Assembly: GCA_012295275.1 (NCBI GenBank)
Contig: CM022668.1
Location: 15,190,001 to 15,254,000 of the forward strand
Reading direction: 5' to 3'
Source: Chrysomallon squamiferum
Lineage: Eukaryota; Animalia; Mollusca
Length of the DNA: 64,000 nt
The position numbers were made by a program, and so were the translations under genes. Shown here piece by piece: positions 15,587 to 30,137 of this stretch; the stretch's first letter is position 1, and each line of letters opens with the position of its first letter. The notes below the pieces were generated by a model that was given only the letters and a program-made list of their open reading frames with translations, made no database searches and was not told the origin of the DNA.

Positions 15587-16252
15587 ACACCACACTACAC
15601 ATGGAAGGGGAAATCGACACGAGATACACCCAGCCCAGCCCAGCCACTGGGAAGCTGGAATGCGCGTGTATTTGCGGTGGGTGCCTTAGGGTCTGTCGAA
15701 AATGGCAGCTTCCATTTGCGTCAAGTGCTTCTTAATATTCGGCAACGTTTTTCTCTAATCGTGGAACAGGTGAAGTTCTGATCAAAGAACTGATTGCGGG
15801 TCAGATTTGCAGATAGTGGAAAGAAAAAAACTGACGGTAAAGAGGTTATATAAAAAAAAAACACCCAGAAAAACAGCTCTGGCGTGTAGACTGATGTGTT
15901 GTGATAGAAAAATGTGGCTCCAAAAGCTTTTTGTTTTCATGTTAGTGACTGATTCGAAAGTTTCTTATTTCTTACCTTCTTTTTTTTAATTTTTTTCTTT
16001 TTTTTTTTTTCTTCTGTGTTTGTCCTTAGAAGCATATGGACAAGGACATAGCAAACAAATACATTTACATATACAGTATTTGTGTATTTATAAAGAAAAA
16101 AAAAAACATTATTTTTCTCAATGATTCTTCCCTTCTTTCTCTCTTTATTCCTCTTTTTCGATCGTCTTTTTTTTTTTTTCACCATTTCTCATTTTATTTC
16201 ACTGTTTCTACCGTCACCTTTACGTCTTCGTGTTTTTTTTTTAAATTATTTT

Positions 16253-16560
<308 letters not shown>

Positions 16561-17324
16561 CAAACACACATACACACTCTCTTAAAATCTGTATCTATAT
16601 TTATCTCCTTATATATGCGAGCTATATATATATATATATACATGTGTGTGTGTGTCTTTATCTCTCTCTCTCAGTTTGCCATTTCAAACGCAAGTGCCAA
16701 TCTCAACGTTCAAAAAGGTCACGAACATTTTTTTTTAACACAACAATTAGCATTCAGCCGTGTCACGCCTCCTCGACACCATGCATTCACACAATTATCA
16801 AATTCACAAAAAAAATAAAAAGTAGTTCACACGTCGTTTTAACGTCATCGTTGGCAGACGAAGTTCGCCAAAGTTCCGACAGTCCAGCGAGTTTACGTCT
16901 ATTTCAGGAATCTTATTAACCTGAAATTTATCTCGAGTAGATAAAAAAAAAAAGAAAAAAGAGTAATCTACTAGCAAAGTTGATGTATAGTAGACCCGTG
17001 GCATTTAGCACAGTGTTCGGAAATACGACATTTATTGGCATCCTTAAAATGAGACGTTTATTAGTTTCTTTAGTGTCTGCTGTTCATGTAAGTGACGCAT
17101 TAACGATAAGAGAGATAGCGGTTTGAAGATATGCAAGTTACGTACGTTATAGATAGTTATTAATTAGAGTCTGGTAGTAGACTCCTTTTTTTTTTTCTCT
17201 GTCCTGTCCTGTCCGTCTTTTTATACGTCTTTGCGACCGTCCTCCTGTCTTCGTTGTTATCTGAGTAAGATTATGTGTTCGTTTTGTTATATCTTTTACA
17301 CGCACATACAAACACACTGCGATA

Positions 17325-17595
17325 CTCTCTGTCTCTCTCTGTCTCTCTCTGTCTCTCGCTGTCTCTCTCTGTCTCTCGCTGTCTCTCTCTGTCTCTCTCT
17401 GTCTCTCGCTGTCTCTCTCTGTATCTCTCTGTCTCTCGCTGTCTCTCGCTGTCCCTCTCTGTCTCTCGCTGTCCCTCTCTGTCCCCCCTCTCTGTCCCTC
17501 TCTGTCCCCCCTCTCTGTCCCTCTCTGTCCCCCTCTCTGTCCCTCGCTGTCCCCCCTCCCTCCCCCCCTCTCCCCCTCTCCCTCCCCCTCTCTCC

Positions 17596-17665
<70 letters not shown>
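17325..17665. repeat. Compound CT-derived repeat (CTCTCTGT / CTGTCTCTCG, grading to C-rich then pure CT)
   Basis: Read directly. Confidence 0.92.
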
Positions 17666-17669
<4 letters not shown>

Positions 17670-17672
17670 TTT

Positions 17673-17759
17673 TTTATTTCAGTAATTTTGTTTTCGTTAT
17701 TTCACATAATGCGACTTAAAACCAATAAAAGAAAGAAACAAATAAATAAAATGTCTTCA
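17673..17759. repeat. 87-bp dispersed repeat, copy 1, between (CT)n tracts
   Basis: TTTATTTCAGTAATTTTGTTTTCGTTATTTCACATAATGCGACTTAAAACCAATAAAAG...GTCTTCA; matches 38451-38537 except for one substitution. Confidence 0.92.
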
Positions 17760-17884
17760 CTCTCTCTCTCTCTCTCTCTCTCACTTAGACAAATAAGGTA
17801 GAAAATGATGATGAGAATAATATGTAGACAATATAATTAATAATAACTGCAACAGTAATTGCATTAATAGTAGTGGTAATACTC

Positions 17885-17924
<40 letters not shown>

Positions 17925-18695
17925 CTAGCAATAACAGAAATAGTAACAGTGATAATGATGACAACGGTAGTGGTAATAATAACGGTAGTAGTAGCTGGTA
18001 TTCGTTGTTGCAGTAACAGTAAAAATAGTAGTAGTCGTAGCACTAATAATAACAGTAGTAGTAGGAGCAGAGGTAATAATAAAAACAGCAATAAAAGGAA
18101 CAACAAAAATATTAACAATAAGTAAAACAGAAGGTGGTTTCGAAGAAAAGCGGCAAAAAAAAAAAAAAAATATAAAAAAATAAAAACAAACACAAAAACA
18201 AAACAAAAAGAAAAGATTAAGCTTTGGCTACGTACAAAGAGTTAAAATACGAAAGCTCTGTTTTAAATTTGATTTTACTTCTTCCTGACTGTTATTGCAC
18301 CTGTAACAAATAAAAGTTTACAGCACTCAAGTGTTACATAACACACGGTTTGTACACAGATCGTAAAACACGAGATTTTTTTCTCTTTTCCTGCTTCCAG
18401 CCAGCTCACAGATCTTCACAGACTCGTAAAACGTCGACTATCTTTTCAAACAGCACCTGAGATAAGACTATGAGACATTCGTGGTTTCAGTGACGTAAGT
18501 TTGTTGATAAATCGGTTATATACACTCCTGTTAAAGTTTTTATTCCTTGTTAATGTCACTAAAGAGTACGGTTAACTTTCCCAACTTGCGCAGTTTCCGA
18601 CCAGTTTAATTTTTTCGTTATTAGAATTGTCTCTCACACTTTCTTATTTTGTGTATATATATATACATATACATACATACGTTATATATATAAAA

Positions 18696-18734
<39 letters not shown>

Positions 18735-19840
18735 TTTTGTTACACACACTTTACTTTCTTCTCTCTCTCACACACACTTACTCACACACACACACACACA
18801 CAAACACACACTTACACACACACACACACACAAACACACATTTCTGTGCAGGTGTTTTACTTGTTCTTTATATCCGTGTAATCTTTTCTTTTCTTGAATC
18901 TGTCCCTTCCTCTCTCATTCATTTTTATCTATCTGTCTATCTCCTGCTCTCTTCTCTCGTCTCTTCTTCCCACCCTCTTTCTATCTTTCTCCGTCTCCCT
19001 CCATCTCTCTATCTCTGTCTTTGTCTCTCTCTCCTTTTGTCTTATTAACCCTCTCCCGCCCCCACAAAAAAAAATTTAATATAATTAAATTTTATTTGAT
19101 ATCAAATATAAACAATTTGGACACCTAAACGTGGAATGTGCCACGTAATTAAAATGAAAAAAAAAAACAAAAAAAAAAGAAAAATAAAAAATAAAATCTA
19201 TCACACGAAAACAGGTGTTTCCACGATACTTCAGCCGATTTGGCCGTACAGAACCGCTTTTAATCGCTGTCTTTAGCACGGCTGCTTGGTCCATAGCCAG
19301 TGTTACAAGAGAACATCTGACACGAAAACACACGGAAACACATCATTTGAAACTATTTCGGGATTAAGGTAAATTGGAAAATAATCGCTCATCGATTATC
19401 GTACAAGGGTATAGCCGATTCACGTTTGATAATCAGTCAAAATAACACGACCTACAGGTGTAAGCTATTTTTCTATCTGCCAGATTTTTATGTAAAAAAA
19501 CACACACAAAGCAGGCTTACGCACCAGCCCACGCACACGCAGACGTTCACACAATTAAAAGATAAGCTCTATTGGTGGAACGATCTGTACGTTTATAATA
19601 ATCAAATCTAAGGGCGAATAACTCGTCTGACCCTTTCGTTATTAAGACATGACCTTATGTGACGTCAGACAGTGTCTCTAGGAGAAAGTTTTGGCTCAGT
19701 GGTTAGAACACAAGAGTTAAGCTTGGTGGAGTGAAGTTTCCCATTCTAACCGATTACTCCCCAGTCCGACTGGTTTACCTAATGCCATGATATCTCAATT
19801 TCTAACTATGGGAACTAAAATATTTCTTTATGCTAATTAA

Positions 19841-19894
<54 letters not shown>

Positions 19895-19910
19895 TGTAGT
19901 AGTGGTAGCA

Positions 19911-19970
<60 letters not shown>

Positions 19971-21340
19971 GGAGATATTAGCTCATTTGACGACAGAAAA
20001 CAAGTTACATATAAGAGCCGAAATGACTATTTATAACAGGGGAAATGTATCTTAATGTGAAATATGTTCAAGGGATTGATACAATGAAACAAATACGCGA
20101 ATTTTAAAATAAAGTAACAAATAAATAAATAAATAAACAAACAAATAAACAAATAAATAAATAAATATTTGAATTATTATTATTATATTTATTATTACTG
20201 TTATTAATATTATATTATTATTATTATTAGTAGTAGTAGTAGTAGTAATTAATGTATGTGTGTGTGTGCGTCTGTTACAATTATTATTCAGTTGCTATTG
20301 AAGTGTACGTACATCGGATTCTAGAACGTTCAGTTAACGATTTGGAGACAAATATTTCACGTAACTGTGTTACCAGCTTGTTGGAGATAGAATCGCACTG
20401 AAGGCTGCCAGTGAGTTCTGTCAGTTTGAATTACACGCGCTGTGCAGGCTGGTAATGGGGAGAGAAAAAGAGAACAGAAATCCACGGTGTCCGGATGAAT
20501 AGCAAGAAAGACAAAAATGCACAGGTGTAGTTCTGTAATAGAAAAAAAATAATAAAAAAAAAATTCCTGGGGGAGTTTTGTAAAGAATTAAACCATAAAA
20601 AAAAAAAAAAAAAAAAAAAAAACAAAAAAGAAAAAAAAAAAAAAAAATATATAATAAAAAGAAGTGAAAACAAAAATAAGATTTTTTTTTTTTTTTTTTT
20701 TTATAAGATAAAGATGAAAAAAAAAAAAAAAAAAAAAAAAAAGTAATATCCCAAATGAACGAGCTTTTGCTGTATAATGTACAAAATGAGGTTTTTATTT
20801 TTATTATTATTATTATTTTTTTTTTTTTTATCTGGTATGTTTTTATAATTTATTATGACGTAAAAAACGAAAGGGAGGTAATAAAAGATTAGATTAGGTT
20901 GGGGTTAACAGACCTCCATTTTACGTGTTGTTGTTTTTCACAACTTTCCAGATCAGTTAATTGTTCATAGATTTGTGCGCAAATGTTTAGGATGAAAACA
21001 GCATGACGTTTTCATATCAGAGTATTTCAATGGCCATCATCATCATCATCATCAGTAGCAGTAATAGGTATAATAGTTATTGCAGTAACAGTAGTAATGA
21101 TTTTCTTGTTGTCATAGTGACACATTAATTCTAGATTCTTCCTGTATTCTTTCTTAATGGTTATTTTGAAATGCGTTAACACGTACACACACGCACACAC
21201 ATTTCAAACATAGGAACAGACACAAAAAACTATTACAGACATACACGCACACATCTGTAAAATAAATAATAAATTTATAAATAAAAATAAAGTAAATGCC
21301 TGTTATACACTAACCATATATTTTATATACATGCACACCC

Positions 21341-21420
<80 letters not shown>

Positions 21421-22716
21421 TATACATATATACATACATTTATATATACATACACACACATATATATACATATATATATATATATTATACATATATATAT
21501 ATATATATATGTACGTATATATACATACATATATACACATATATACATATATAAATACATACATACATACATACATATATACATACATATATACATGCAC
21601 ATATATATAAAACGACTGTACACACACACACACACACACACATGCATATGTACACATAAATTTTAGGTAAAATTTCATCCAGTTTTTCTCTTCATTCACT
21701 GCCAAGTTACTCGCTCTAAACAACCAAATACCTGATACACATCTCCAACACGAACCCCACTCGCCAGATTACACAAGTCCAATTAAAAGCGAAATTATGA
21801 TCGTAAGATTTCCTCAAAGACCATTAAGATAAATAAGTACCAAAAACCATCTGTTAACTGGGGAAAAAAAAAAAAAAAAAAAAAAAACAGCATTGCACGT
21901 GCGGTTATAATGTTTTATTCGCAGTTTCAAAGAAAGATATTAAATTCTGGAAAACAGTAAAGAAGACACTAATGGGGTTCCGTAGATTATGTAACTGTCT
22001 ATTGTTAGCGAATGTTCAGTTATAATTGTCATAATTCCTTACCTATGATATCATGAATTTATGAATTAATTAATTTAGTTGTAGTTGTAGTTGTTGGTGG
22101 TGTTGCTGTCGTCATCATCTTCATCACCTTCATCATAGTATTATTGCTGTTGCTGTTGTTATCATTATTATTATTATTAGTAGTAGTAGTAGTAGTACTA
22201 GTGGTAGTAGTACTATTATTATCATTTATTATTATCATCATCATCATCATTGTTGTTATTATTATTAGTAGTAGTAGTAGTAGCAGTACCATTATTATTA
22301 ATATTACTATTTTTATCATTCATTATTATCATCATCATCATCATCATCATCACGATTATTATTATTATTACAAGAATACTGAAAAACGATATAGATGACG
22401 CCAATGAACTTTCATGCTTACATAAATATTTACTATTATCCAATACTTAACCGGTTTCATATCAATCCCTTCTTCACTCGACTTTCACTTTTTTTTTCTC
22501 TACCGTATCTCGCGGTTCCTTGCGGTTCTTGGCGGTATTCTGTGTATCGGATTGATATCCGGTTTTATTCAATTTCGAGCACGGAGATGCAATTAGTTGG
22601 CCTCCCCGCTGACAGATAAGCCAGAAGTGAAATAAAAAAATAAATAAAAAAATAAAAAAAAAAAAGTTCAATAGCTGAGAAGAGAAAGAGAACGAAAACA
22701 AGAGAGAGAGAATGAG

Positions 22717-22842
<126 letters not shown>

Positions 22843-22937
22843 GAAATGTGAATAAAATATTTCTGAATTCGTGAACAGACGCTGTTTTAAAAAAAACTGG
22901 TTTTCTGTGTATCTGAGACAAACACGCATTTTTTATA

Positions 22938-23309
22938 TAATGGAGATTCGATCCTAAAGCCCTACAGGTTTCTCACAGGATGTGATAACATTCTATGTTT
23001 CTCTACTAAACTCTTGTGAGTCTCAGTCTACACTTTCAAAACATCTACCCTAAACCAGCGGGAATTGTACCGGAACGACACGTGTTTTCGTTCTTTACCT
23101 TTTCTCGTATACGACGAATACGGACCGCTGAGAAGAAGAAAAAAAAAAAAAAAAAAAGGTTTTGCTTCTTATCAGTGTCTTGAATATCCATGTCAAGAGC
23201 TCGTGCGGTACGAAGAATGCACGTGCAGGGAAATATAAAACTCTAAAGCACAAAACGGTCTGTTGCTCCAGTTAGATAATATTTTTATTGGAACAGTTTT
23301 TCTCCTGTT
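22938..23309. repeat. Left arm of ~375 bp inverted repeat
   Basis: Begins TAATGGAGATTCGATCCTAAAGCCCTACAGGTTTCTCACAGGATGTG; it is the reverse complement of 31305-31681, with long exact blocks. Confidence 0.95.
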
Positions 23310-24001
23310 TTTTAAATTTTGAATTTGTCAAGCGTGCTTCAGTGTTATGTGACTAGTTGGAGTAGGTTTGGTTAATGCGTGTACAAGTGTGCGTACGTGT
23401 GTGCGTGTATAAGAGCGCGTACGTGCGTGCATATGTGTGTGCTTGTTTGTTTATATATGTGTGTGTATGTTGACAATTTAAAATAAGTGAAATAAAACTG
23501 CCACCGATGTACAGACGGACATACGGATTTTATAATTTTTTCAGCAGTTTAATTTGTATTTAAGTAGTATAGATTAAATATAAAATTAGATAGACAGACA
23601 AACAATGACACACAGACAGAGATAGATATATAGACAAATAGACAATTAGATAGATAGACAGAAATATTTAAATATATTAAGATTGGCATCAGTATAATGT
23701 GAGATCGAAAAATAAATAAGTAAATAAATAAATAAATAACAAATAACCGATCAGCTGAAACGATAACAATTAAAGTAATTGTAATAGTTATAATAGTTAT
23801 TACAACAGTAACAGTTGTAGTTGTAGTTGTAGTGGCAGTGGTATCAACAGCAATCGTTGCAGTCTTAATAGTAACAGTAGTGGTAGTAACATTGTTGTTG
23901 GTGGTCGTGTTGTTGTAATCGTATGGTCCACATACATTTATGTTCGTGCGTACAGTATTTATTTATGTACAGTAAAACTCGTGTACTTTTCGCACTGAAA
24001 T

Positions 24002-24035
<34 letters not shown>

Positions 24036-24067
24036 GCGGATGTTTATAAACAAAACACATCACTTAC

Positions 24068-24207
24068 CTTCACGTAATTTAATCTCAGCCGCAGCTCGCT
24101 GATAGAAAAACTTTTCACCAGAATCTCTCTCTTTCTCTTCAACACTGCCCCGTTCTTCTTTAAACATAAAAATCCACACAGAACGAAAACCTCCTTCTTC
24201 TTTCTTC

Positions 24208-24240
<33 letters not shown>

Positions 24241-24460
24241 GCTCGCTCTCGCTCGCTCTCTCGGACGTGTCCTGGTACTCTGGTCCAGTCCGGACAGCGA
24301 CAGGAACGTGCTGTTGCACTTACGCACACACCGACATTCGTCGCCTCGACAGCTGATACGCGTAGACCGGTGCCAAGTTTCTGTTCCGCTTCGAGTGACG
24401 CATTACGCCTCGCGTTGCTCCTCAGCGATCCGCCGTGCACCAGTCATAATGCGATGCAAG
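24068..24460 (-). other. Candidate first exon of a minus-strand transcript
   Basis: CpG-rich complex sequence ending at a perfect minus-strand donor AAG|GTAAGTG (plus strand CACTTACCTT at 24061). The 5' boundary is approximate. Confidence 0.5.
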
Positions 24461-24474
24461 CGATACGTGATTCA

Positions 24475-24556
<82 letters not shown>

Positions 24557-24753
24557 TCCGTGTCGACAATGGAGGTGAGCATTTTTTTTTTTTTTTTTTT
24601 GTCTGCGTGCTGAGAGTTTTTCAAGAGCGTTTCTATTAATCACGGTGCGCGTGCTTTTTTTATGAACTCGACAAGCTGGAGAAGGGCTGGCTAGTACAGG
24701 TGCAAAGTTCGACGTAAAAGAAGCGCGCGTGTGTGTGTGTGTGTCTGTCTGTC

Positions 24754-24789
<36 letters not shown>

Positions 24790-25390
24790 GACAATAGCTG
24801 TCGGTTGTTCTGATTAACGAAGTGCTCTGAAGTGCTGTATGTTGTATGCCACGATGTTTTAGATTTTTTCTAAAAGAAGTTTTCATAAATTCACAGACGT
24901 ACGCAAAATCAAAGATGTGCACGCAGATACACATTACATGCATATTTGTATTTATCTGTTACACAGACATATAAACACACACTTAAATTACATACACATG
25001 CATAGGCTATACACACACACACACACACACATACACACACACATACATACACACACACACATACATACACACACACACACATACATACACAGTGGTATAT
25101 TATGCCTACGTGTCCTTAAGTCTTCTTGTCCACTTGCATTATTTCCAGAAACGAAACGAAAACTGATATGACAGTCTCTGTCAAGATGAATTTCACGTCA
25201 TCTCCGATGGAAACTGACGTCAGTGTTTCTTACCTGTCACTTCTGATTACAGTCAGCTACCTGCACAGGTAATGAGGTGAATCGACATGTCTGTTGTAAT
25301 TTGCACGTGCACATCTGTGAAACAGTCATGAGCCAATTTAGAAAAGTGAAAGCTTTTTTTTGTTTTCTTAATCAGTGATTGAAGGAATGC

Positions 25391-25449
<59 letters not shown>

Positions 25450-26110
25450 TTTATTTAAATAAAAATATAAAGAAGTATAAAATAAAGAAATATCTAAATA
25501 AACATATAAATAAAGAAATTGAATGAATTCTTTGTTATTGTTGTTGTTATTGTTATTTATTTATTTATTTATTTAAGAATAAATATAAAGAAAGAAAAAA
25601 AGAAAGAAAGAAAGAAAGAAATATAAAAATAAATAAATATCTAAATAAACAAACAAACAAAAGAAAAACTATATATATTTTCAGTCTTCTATCCGGGATT
25701 ATTTTTCATCTATTTCAATAACTGCTCATAATAAAGTAATATAATTACATAAACAGTTATAATTCATGTCAACTTCTTTCTTTGTACTTAACTTGAAAAA
25801 TAAGCAACAGCAACAACAATATAATAAGAAGAAAACCACCACCAACAACAACAGTGCTTAAATAATAACAACAACAACAACAACAACAACGTTACCATCA
25901 GCAACGTTCCTTCATCAGAAAACTGAAGCGGGTGACTTTCTATAATTGTCACTGCAACAAAATGTGTATCAAGAAATGTTCGTGCGAATTTATTTTTCTA
26001 ATTTTTGTCGTAAAACAGGGCAAGGGAACTAACTCTTGTTTACATACGTTCTCTACTGCAAACGAGACTGCGAAGTGGGAATATTAATGAGGGTTTCTGT
26101 TATGGTTTAA

Positions 26111-26185
<75 letters not shown>

Positions 26186-27306
26186 ATGTATTCATTATTA
26201 ATCCAACCAATTTATTATGATTATACGTAAAAGACAGAGACACATGATACGTTAGTAAGTTTCCTTCAGCTAAAATCAATGTTTATTTATTTATTGTTCG
26301 TGTTGTTATTGTTGTTGATGTTGTTGTTGTTGTTTGTTGTTTTGTTGTTGTTGTTGTGTTAGTATATACTCATAATTCATATCAGACTAGCTTTAGTACA
26401 TACTTTAGAAACAGATCCAGAATTTCCAGCATCGGTAGGCCAAGTTTATTATTAACAAAACAAACAGAAAACTGACAATAAATTATGCTGGCTGGCGCAA
26501 AACAAACTGAATGTTCTTCATACTTACTTCCAGAATCCCAAAACATTGTTTTTATTTTGCTTATTTTGTTTATTTTTAATTATTTTTATTTATTTTACTT
26601 TTTCATTTCTGTACTCCCCTCTCTACGTAATTTCTCTGTTTTACGTCTTCAGTTGATGACGTAACGGCTGAAGATGACGTCTCACATAAATACATTTCAA
26701 TTACATGCAAAACAGCCGTTGTCTTCCGGTTGTACATATCGATGTCGGTTTCGAGATGTTTCTTCTCAAAATCTGACTTAGGGAGAAAATCCAAAACTGA
26801 GACAGATACCCTAGCCAACGCACGAACGAAAAAGGTTTTTGTCTTTGTCGTTTAAAACATTTTTAGTTTTCTTTATTAAAGATGTTTCCTCTTCAGCAAC
26901 TTTTACTCTCTTTCTATCCAGTCGTCTTCCTGTATCTTTATGTCTGTGTGTCTGTAGTATGTATGAATGCATTAATACGTGTATGTGTGTGTGTATAGAT
27001 AGACAGACATATAGACAGACAGATATATAGATAGCCAAATATCGAATTCTGTGTATGCCTCTATATATGTATGACTGTATGTATGTATATATGTCTGTAC
27101 AAATGCATGCCTGTATTCATGTATGTATATTTGGATGTAAATGTGTAAATATGTATGTATGTATGTGTGGATGGATGGAATACATATATATAATATATCC
27201 AACAGCAATAATTAAAAAATATTAATTACTCGTTTTATCCGTCTCTTTGCTTTTCTTTGAATACGTGAACATCTTTCGTTTCAGGATGACTATGTATCCG
27301 TGAGAA

Positions 27307-27367
27307 ATGTTTAGTTACATTTTGTACCTGTTAGTCCTACGCCATATTTCAGTGTTGTGTGAAGAAC
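27307..27367 (+). CDS. Shisa-like (WBP1/VOPP1/CYYR1-type) membrane protein, coding exon 1 (signal peptide MFSYILYLLVLRHISVLCEE)
   Basis: ATG at 27307 followed by a short hydrophobic segment. Donor AAC|GTACGT at 27367/8 is phase 1, matching exon 2. Upstream acceptor TTTCGTTTCAG|G at 27284/5 implies an earlier UTR exon. Confidence 0.75.
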
Positions 27368-27384
27368 GTACGTTTTATATACCT

Positions 27385-27789
27385 ACATACGTACACGCAT
27401 ACATACATACATACATACATACATACATTCACACATACACATACATATATACACACATACATACACACATACATACACACACATATACACACACACATAC
27501 ACACACACACATACATACATACATACATACATACATACACACACACATACACACACACACATACATACATACACACATACACACACATACATACACACAT
27601 ACATACATACACATACATACACAAACACATACACACATACATACATACACACATACACACATACACACATACACACACACATACACACATACATACATAC
27701 ATACATACATACATACACACATACATACATACATACATACATACACACACATACATACATACATACATACACACACATATACACATACA

Positions 27790-27821
<32 letters not shown>

Positions 27822-27880
27822 CATATACACATACATACATACATACACACATACATACATACACACATATATACACACAC

Positions 27881-27914
<34 letters not shown>

Positions 27915-28616
27915 GCACACATACATCACATTCACACTATTAATTTTTATTATTATTATTATTTATACATTAATTATTTATTTATTTATTTATTCGTTTA
28001 TTTATTTATTTATTATATTGAATTATATTATAATGTATTGTATTACATTACATTACTTTACATTATATTTCATTATATTAGATTACATTAAATCATATTA
28101 TATCATATTATAATATATTATATTATATTATATTATGTTATGTTATATTACATTACATTACATTAAATCATATTATATTATATTATATTATATTATATTA
28201 TATTATATTATATTATATTATATTACATTAAATTATATTATATTATATTATGTTAAATTATATTATATTATATTACATTAAATCATATTATATTATATTA
28301 TATTATATTATATTATATTATATTACATTAAATCATATTTTATTATATTATATTATATTATGTTATATTACATTATATTACATTATATTATATTATATTA
28401 TATTATATTATATTATATTATATTATATTATGTTATGTTATATTATATTACATTAAATCATATTTTATTATATTATATTATATTATATTATATTACATTA
28501 TATTACATTATATTATATTATATTATATTATATTATATTATATTATATTATATTATATTATATTACGTTACATTATATTACATTATATCATATTATATCA
28601 TATTAAATTACGTTAC
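27385..28616. repeat. Compound (TACA/CA)n then (TATTA)n microsatellite filling the intron after coding exon 1 of the Shisa-like gene
   Basis: About 540 bp of TACA/CA repeats followed by about 600 bp of TATTA/TACAT pentamers. Confidence 0.95.
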
Positions 28617-28631
28617 ATTTCTTCTTGACAG

Positions 28632-28755
28632 CCATAGGCAAATGTGGAAAGTTGTCTTTCATCAAAGGAACCAACAGAACAGCGCTCAACTATTTAACAT
28701 GCGGGTCTGGTTTCTACTGCTGCGGTTCCGTGCTCAACCGTAGATGCTGCAAGGT
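28632..28755 (+). CDS. Shisa-like membrane protein, coding exon 2 (Cys-rich ectodomain PIGKCGKLSFIKGTNRTALNYLTCGSGFYCCGSVLNRRCCKV)
   Basis: Acceptor TTTCTTCTTGACAG, donor GT|GTAAGT (phase 2). Open frame with six Cys in a C..C..CC..CC pattern (FYCCG....RRCC) and an N-R-T sequon. It is a GC-richer island between microsatellites. Confidence 0.88.
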
Positions 28756-29116
28756 GTAAGTGACGTTGTTGTTGATGATGATGACGACGTTAATAATGCC
28801 GTTTGTGTTTATTCTCATGATGATAATGATGATGAACGTGATAATTATGACGATGTCGATAATGCTGTTGATGGTTATTCCGGTGACGGTATTTATGACG
28901 ACGACGACGATGATGATGATGATGATGATGGTAATGATGATGATAATGATAATGAAGATGATAATGATGAAGGCGTTAATAATAATGTTACTCTGATGAC
29001 GGTATTTGTGATGATGATGATGATGATGATGATGATAATGATTATGATTTAATAATGCCGTTTGTTGTTATTCTGACGATGGTATTTATGATAATGATGT
29101 ATGTACAGATACGAAA

Positions 29117-29220
<104 letters not shown>

Positions 29221-29311
29221 CCTCCCTCCCTCCCTCCCCCTCTCTCTCTCAAATTCTCTCCCACAAACAAACTGAACCAGACACACATTTTTTTTTTACT
29301 TTTACTTTTAG

Positions 29312-29448
29312 AACATACAAGGCCGAAATTGCACTGGGTACTGTCAGTGGCATTCTTCTTGTCGCTGGAATTGCATTCATATTTTACTATCTCAAGAAGA
29401 AAAAGAAAGCGAAAGTTATTCCTGAAATTAAAACAAGCGAGGTGGACG
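29312..29448 (+). CDS. Shisa-like membrane protein, coding exon 3 (transmembrane helix IALGTVSGILLVAGIAFIFYYL followed by KKKKKAK)
   Basis: Acceptor TTTTACTTTTAG, donor G|GTAAGT (phase 1), in frame with exon 2. About 22 hydrophobic residues followed by a polybasic stop-transfer segment. Confidence 0.9.
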
Positions 29449-29703
29449 GTAAGTGAACAGACGAACTTATTTAGCGACGGATGAACGGACGATGAAACAA
29501 ATACAAAATGCGCATATTATGTAATAATATATATATATATAAACAATATATAAGTATGTCTGGATATTCGTATACATGTACATATATACATGTGATATAC
29601 ACTTACTCATTTGCACACACGTACACACATTCACACACAAACATATAAACAGACGTACGTAAAGGTTTATGTTTTTAGTTCCTCATTCTTTTCTTTTTTG
29701 TTT

Positions 29704-29743
<40 letters not shown>

Positions 29744-29760
29744 TATTATTATTGTTGTTG

Positions 29761-29840
<80 letters not shown>

Positions 29841-29902
29841 TTTATATTTATTTATTTATTTATTATCCTGTTTATTATTTGTGGTTATCGCTGCTGTTTC
29901 GA

Positions 29903-30040
<138 letters not shown>

Positions 30041-30137
30041 CCTCCCTCCCTCCCTCCCTCTCCCTCTCTCTCTGTTGCATCTGTTTCAATCTCTTATTCT
30101 CTTTTTTTTATTTATTTTTTTATTTATTTATTTCAAG

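Noticed and set aside
26603-26818. 71-aa minus-strand ORF with protein-like composition
   Set aside because: Non-ATG start, no recognisable motif and no convincing splice sites; more likely promoter or UTR sequence upstream of the Shisa-like gene.
27307-28113. 268-aa ORF as a single-exon gene
   Set aside because: Only the first 20 codons look real (signal-peptide exon); the rest reads through a donor into a (TACA)n intron.
28744-29052. Asp-rich ORF resembling an acidic biomineral protein
   Set aside because: Degenerate (GAT)n repeat inside an intron of the Shisa-like gene; it reads through the GTAAGT donor and has no signal peptide.
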